Part shown: in pieces, positions 15,804 through 17,759 of the stretch
Layout of the letters: every line of letters begins with the position of its first letter
Position numbering within the stretch: position 1 is the first letter of the stretch
Source: Candidatus Iainarchaeum sp.
Lineage (GTDB): Archaea; Iainarchaeota; Iainarchaeia; Iainarchaeales; CSSED10-239
Direction: 5' to 3'
DNA: 17,759 nt
Assembly: GCA_003559395.1 (NCBI GenBank)
Contig: PWLL01000043.1
Coordinates: forward strand, 1-17,759
Program-made: the position numbers and the translations under genes
Notes under the pieces: model-generated
The model's database searches: none
The model's input: only the letters and a program-made list of their open reading frames with translations
What the model was told of the DNA's origin: nothing

Positions 15804-16384
15804 ATTTTTTCACTTAGTATTTCTTTTTTTTCTAAAATCATTTTTTCTAATTCTTCAAGATCTTTAAAATAATAAAGGTTTTTTATATTTTCATTAAATG
15901 TTTTTGGCAGTTTTTGATCTATGGCTCTTTTATCAACAAATAAGTGTATTTGTTTTAGTTGTGGATTTTTATATTTTCCAAATTTTTGATGATATTTTAT
16001 AAATGATAGTTCAATCATGCTTCCTGGTGCAAATCCAACACAAATAACACAGAGTGCTTTTTTAGTTAGATCTGCGTTTAGTTTATACCAGTCTCCATCT
16101 ATTGGTTTGGTTTCGTATTTTTCAAAGTTTGGTTTAAGGTGTTCTATTCCATAATAGTTATCTTTATCTGGATAATACCCGATTGGTTTTTTATTTTTAA
16201 GTTCTCCAAATTTTAAAGCAATATCTGTATATACTCCGTCATCAGGCGTCACGATTACGTTTTCAAAATATTTGGCTAGAAGTTTTGCATATTCTTCAAC
16301 CATTTGTTGATATTCTTTTTCTTCTATATTTCCGTGTCTCCATAAAACGCTTCTATCTGACACTCCAATTACTACACAATTCAT
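15800..16384 (-). CDS. Uncharacterised 194-aa protein embedded in the oxidoreductase operon; predicted alpha/beta (Rossmann-like) fold with only a faint LOG/SLOG-like resemblance
   Basis: The ATG lies 1 nt after the porD stop, and its TGA overlaps the porA ATG (ATGA). Alternating hydrophobic-strand and helix pattern: VVIGVSD, NVIVTPDDGVYTDIALKFG, PIGYYP, CVICVGFAPGSMIELSF, IHLFVD. No Fe-S or TPP motifs are present. Confidence 0.75.
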   Translation of the reverse strand: MNCVVIGVSDRSVLWRHGNIEEKEYQQMVEEYAKLLAKYFENVIVTPDDGVYTDIALKFGELKNKKPIGYYPDKDNYYGIEHLKPNFEKYETKPIDGDWYKLNADLTKKALCVICVGFAPGSMIELSFIKYHQKFGKYKNPQLKQIHLFVDKRAIDQKLPKTFNENIKNLYYFKDLEELEKMILEKKEILSEKI

Positions 16385-16385
16385 T

Positions 16386-16658
16386 TTATTTATCCTCTAC
16401 CATTTTTATACATTTTACAGGACATATTTCTGCACAAATTCCACAACCTTTACAAAAGTCATAGTTTACTTTTCCTCGTTTTATTATTTTTCCTTTTTTT
16501 AGAGTTATGGCATTTTCTGGACATTTAGGATAGCAAAGCATACAATGAATACATTTTGATTCATTCCATGCAGGTTTTAAATATCTCCAACTGCCAGTTT
16601 TTTTTACTGGTGTTTTTTTTGAGTATAACACTCCTCCAATTTCTTTATATTCTTTCAT
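16386..16658 (-). CDS. porD: 2-oxoacid:ferredoxin oxidoreductase delta subunit (2x[4Fe-4S] ferredoxin-like)
   Basis: Two CxxCxxCxxxCP motifs are present: CIHCMLCYPKCP and CKGCGICAEICP. The protein is 90 aa and starts 9 nt after the porG stop. Confidence 0.9.
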   Translation of the reverse strand: MKEYKEIGGVLYSKKTPVKKTGSWRYLKPAWNESKCIHCMLCYPKCPENAITLKKGKIIKRGKVNYDFCKGCGICAEICPVKCIKMVEDK

Positions 16659-16667
16659 TTACATCCC

Positions 16668-17207
16668 TTAAAAGTAATTATATCCTTTATCCAAACATTT
16701 GTAGTTTGGTTCTATTACGTGTTTTTTATTTTTGTTTGTAAATTCTTCTTTTATTATTTGTTTTACATTTTCTGGTTTTATTTTTTTAAATATTTTTAAG
16801 AAAACGCCAACAAGAACAATATTTGGACTGTTTATCTTTATCAGTTCTGTTGCTATTTTTGAAGCATCAATAACGTAGGCGTTTTTATATGTTTTAAAGT
16901 GTGTTTTTGTTTTTTTACTATTTATTATTATTGGGCATTTATATTTGCAAATTTCTTTATTAGTTTCAAGCAGATCTTCATCCATTATTATCAAATAGTC
17001 TGGATGTGTTACTGGATAGTGTTTTCTTATTTTTTGTTTAGACAATCTTACGAAACTTCTAACTGGGGCTCCTCTTCTTTCGGGTCCATATTCTGGAAAC
17101 GCTTGTATATTGAATCCTTCAATCATTCCTGCTTCTGCAATTATTTGTGCAAGCGTTTTTGCTCCTTGTCCTCCTCGTCCATAAATAATTATTGAATATT
17201 CTTTCAT
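16668..17207 (-). CDS. porG: 2-oxoacid:ferredoxin oxidoreductase gamma subunit
   Basis: IIIYGRGGQGAKTLAQIIAEAG and FPEYGPERRGAPV match conserved gamma-subunit signatures. It is the first gene of the operon. Confidence 0.9.
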   Translation of the reverse strand: MKEYSIIIYGRGGQGAKTLAQIIAEAGMIEGFNIQAFPEYGPERRGAPVRSFVRLSKQKIRKHYPVTHPDYLIIMDEDLLETNKEICKYKCPIIINSKKTKTHFKTYKNAYVIDASKIATELIKINSPNIVLVGVFLKIFKKIKPENVKQIIKEEFTNKNKKHVIEPNYKCLDKGYNYF

Positions 17208-17234
17208 TTGTTTTTCACTTTTAAATAATACTAG

Positions 17235-17246
17235 TATATATTATAT
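17235..17246 (-). promoter_or_regulatory. TATA-like box for the por operon
   Basis: On the minus strand, atataatatata is centred about 33 nt upstream of the porG ATG (17207). Confidence 0.35.
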
Positions 17247-17594
17247 TCGTTTGTTTTTAAAACACTTGTGGTTGTAAATGTTTGTTATTTTTAATGTTTT
17301 TAAAAAAATTAATTTTTTAAATTGTATTACACAACTTTTTATTATATTAGTTTTAAAAATCAGATTTTAAAAATAGTTTGAAATATTTTAGTTTATGTAA
17401 TACAAATTATTTTTATGTGAAAAAAAAGATTTGTATATTGTTTTTGATTTGTTTTTTGTAGGCCTTCTTTTATATACTAGATTTGATCCAAACGAAACAA
17501 CTTCTATCTAATTTTATTATTAATTTAGAAAAACTTATAAATGTTGTTGTACATTATATTTTTAAGGTGTGCCCAATTTTAAAACTCTCAATAT

Positions 17595-17759
17595 ATGGCA
17601 CATCACTTTATAAGAGATATAAACATGTTAAACTTATTAAATAAAAATCTACGGAGTGTTTCTCCTTTAATCGCCAGTATTTTATTAATCGTTGTTGCAG
17701 TTATCTTAGTTGCTGTAATTTTAACTTGGAGTAAAGGTTTTACCACAGACGGGCTTGAA
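17595..17759 (+). CDS. Archaeal type IV pilin-like protein (class III signal peptide), 3'-truncated by the window edge
   Basis: The frame is open from ATG 17595 (second in-frame ATG at 17625) to the last base. The translation is (MAHHFIRDIN)MLNLLNKNLRSVSPLIASILLIVVAVILVAVILTWSKGFTTDGLE. The segment (K/R)-x-VSP-(L/V)I followed by a hydrophobic helix is the hallmark of the archaeal pilin N-terminal domain processed by FlaK/PibD-type prepilin peptidases. Confidence 0.6.
   Translation, partial: MAHHFIRDINMLNLLNKNLRSVSPLIASILLIVVAVILVAVILTWSKGFTTDGLE

Noticed and set aside
14198-17195. Plus-strand ORFs inside the por operon (14198..14431, 14394..14618, 14655..14906, 15160..15417, 15454..15867, 15575..15817, 16556..16741, 16899..17195)
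   Set aside because: All are antisense to subunits with clear catalytic or cofactor motifs. Their translations are hydrophobic or low-complexity. The 137-aa one (15454..15867) spans the porA/X junction and has no recognisable features.
17322-17405. Perfect 10-bp inverted repeat TTGTATTACA (17322..17331) / TGTAATACAA (17396..17405) in the por-pilin spacer, considered as an operator, transposon end or origin element
   Set aside because: In DNA this A+T-rich, a back-of-envelope estimate gives roughly one such 10-bp inverted pair by chance within a 400-bp spacer. There are no flanking direct repeats, no transposase, no Orc1/Cdc6 gene and no G-string ORB-like elements nearby.
1-17759. Search for tRNA/rRNA genes, CRISPR arrays, transposases/integrases, toxin-antitoxin pairs, inteins in mcm, and stop-codon recoding
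   Set aside because: No G+C-rich cloverleaf-like segment or regularly spaced direct repeats were seen in any spacer. No recombinase-like ORFs are present. MCM has normal length and uninterrupted motifs. TAA, TAG and TGA all terminate well-defined genes, so the standard code applies.

Overview
AT-rich, gene-dense archaeal segment. All three stop codons are used. GGTGA/GAGGT Shine-Dalgarno-like sites precede some genes, and TATA-like boxes sit about 25-35 nt upstream of several start codons, implying leaderless or short-leader mRNAs. Most of the window is core information-processing genes. On the plus strand, in order: a 5'-truncated GLUG-repeat surface protein, an RPA-type ssDNA-binding protein, MCM helicase, and a presenilin/signal-peptide-peptidase-like intramembrane protease. 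Next comes a small Cys-rich membrane-anchored protein on the minus strand, then a SAM methyltransferase. After that is the conserved archaeal block aIF2-beta / DUF424-like / aIF1A / RIO kinase / KH (Dim2-like), followed by topoisomerase VI subunits B and A and a very A+T-rich AAA ATPase with a DUF4143/PD-(D/E)xK-like tail. The minus strand then carries a four-subunit 2-oxoacid (pyruvate-type):ferredoxin oxidoreductase operon. A 387-nt spacer and the 5' end of an archaeal type IV pilin-like gene close the window. Composition, small proteins and gene set fit a reduced-genome (DPANN-like) archaeon, but that is inference only. I recognised no rRNA, tRNA, CRISPR array, transposase or integrase, and I see no clear multi-gene defence or mobile system. 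The most unusual element is an uncharacterised 194-aa gene translationally coupled between porD and porA, giving porG-porD-X-porA-porB. Secondary oddities are the compositionally deviant ATPase gene, a Cys-rich exported mini-protein starting in a long homopolymer tract, an A12 tract where a 1-nt change would fuse RIO kinase to the KH protein, a lone G+C-rich tandem heptamer in a spacer, and a recurring ATATATTATA promoter-region 10-mer.
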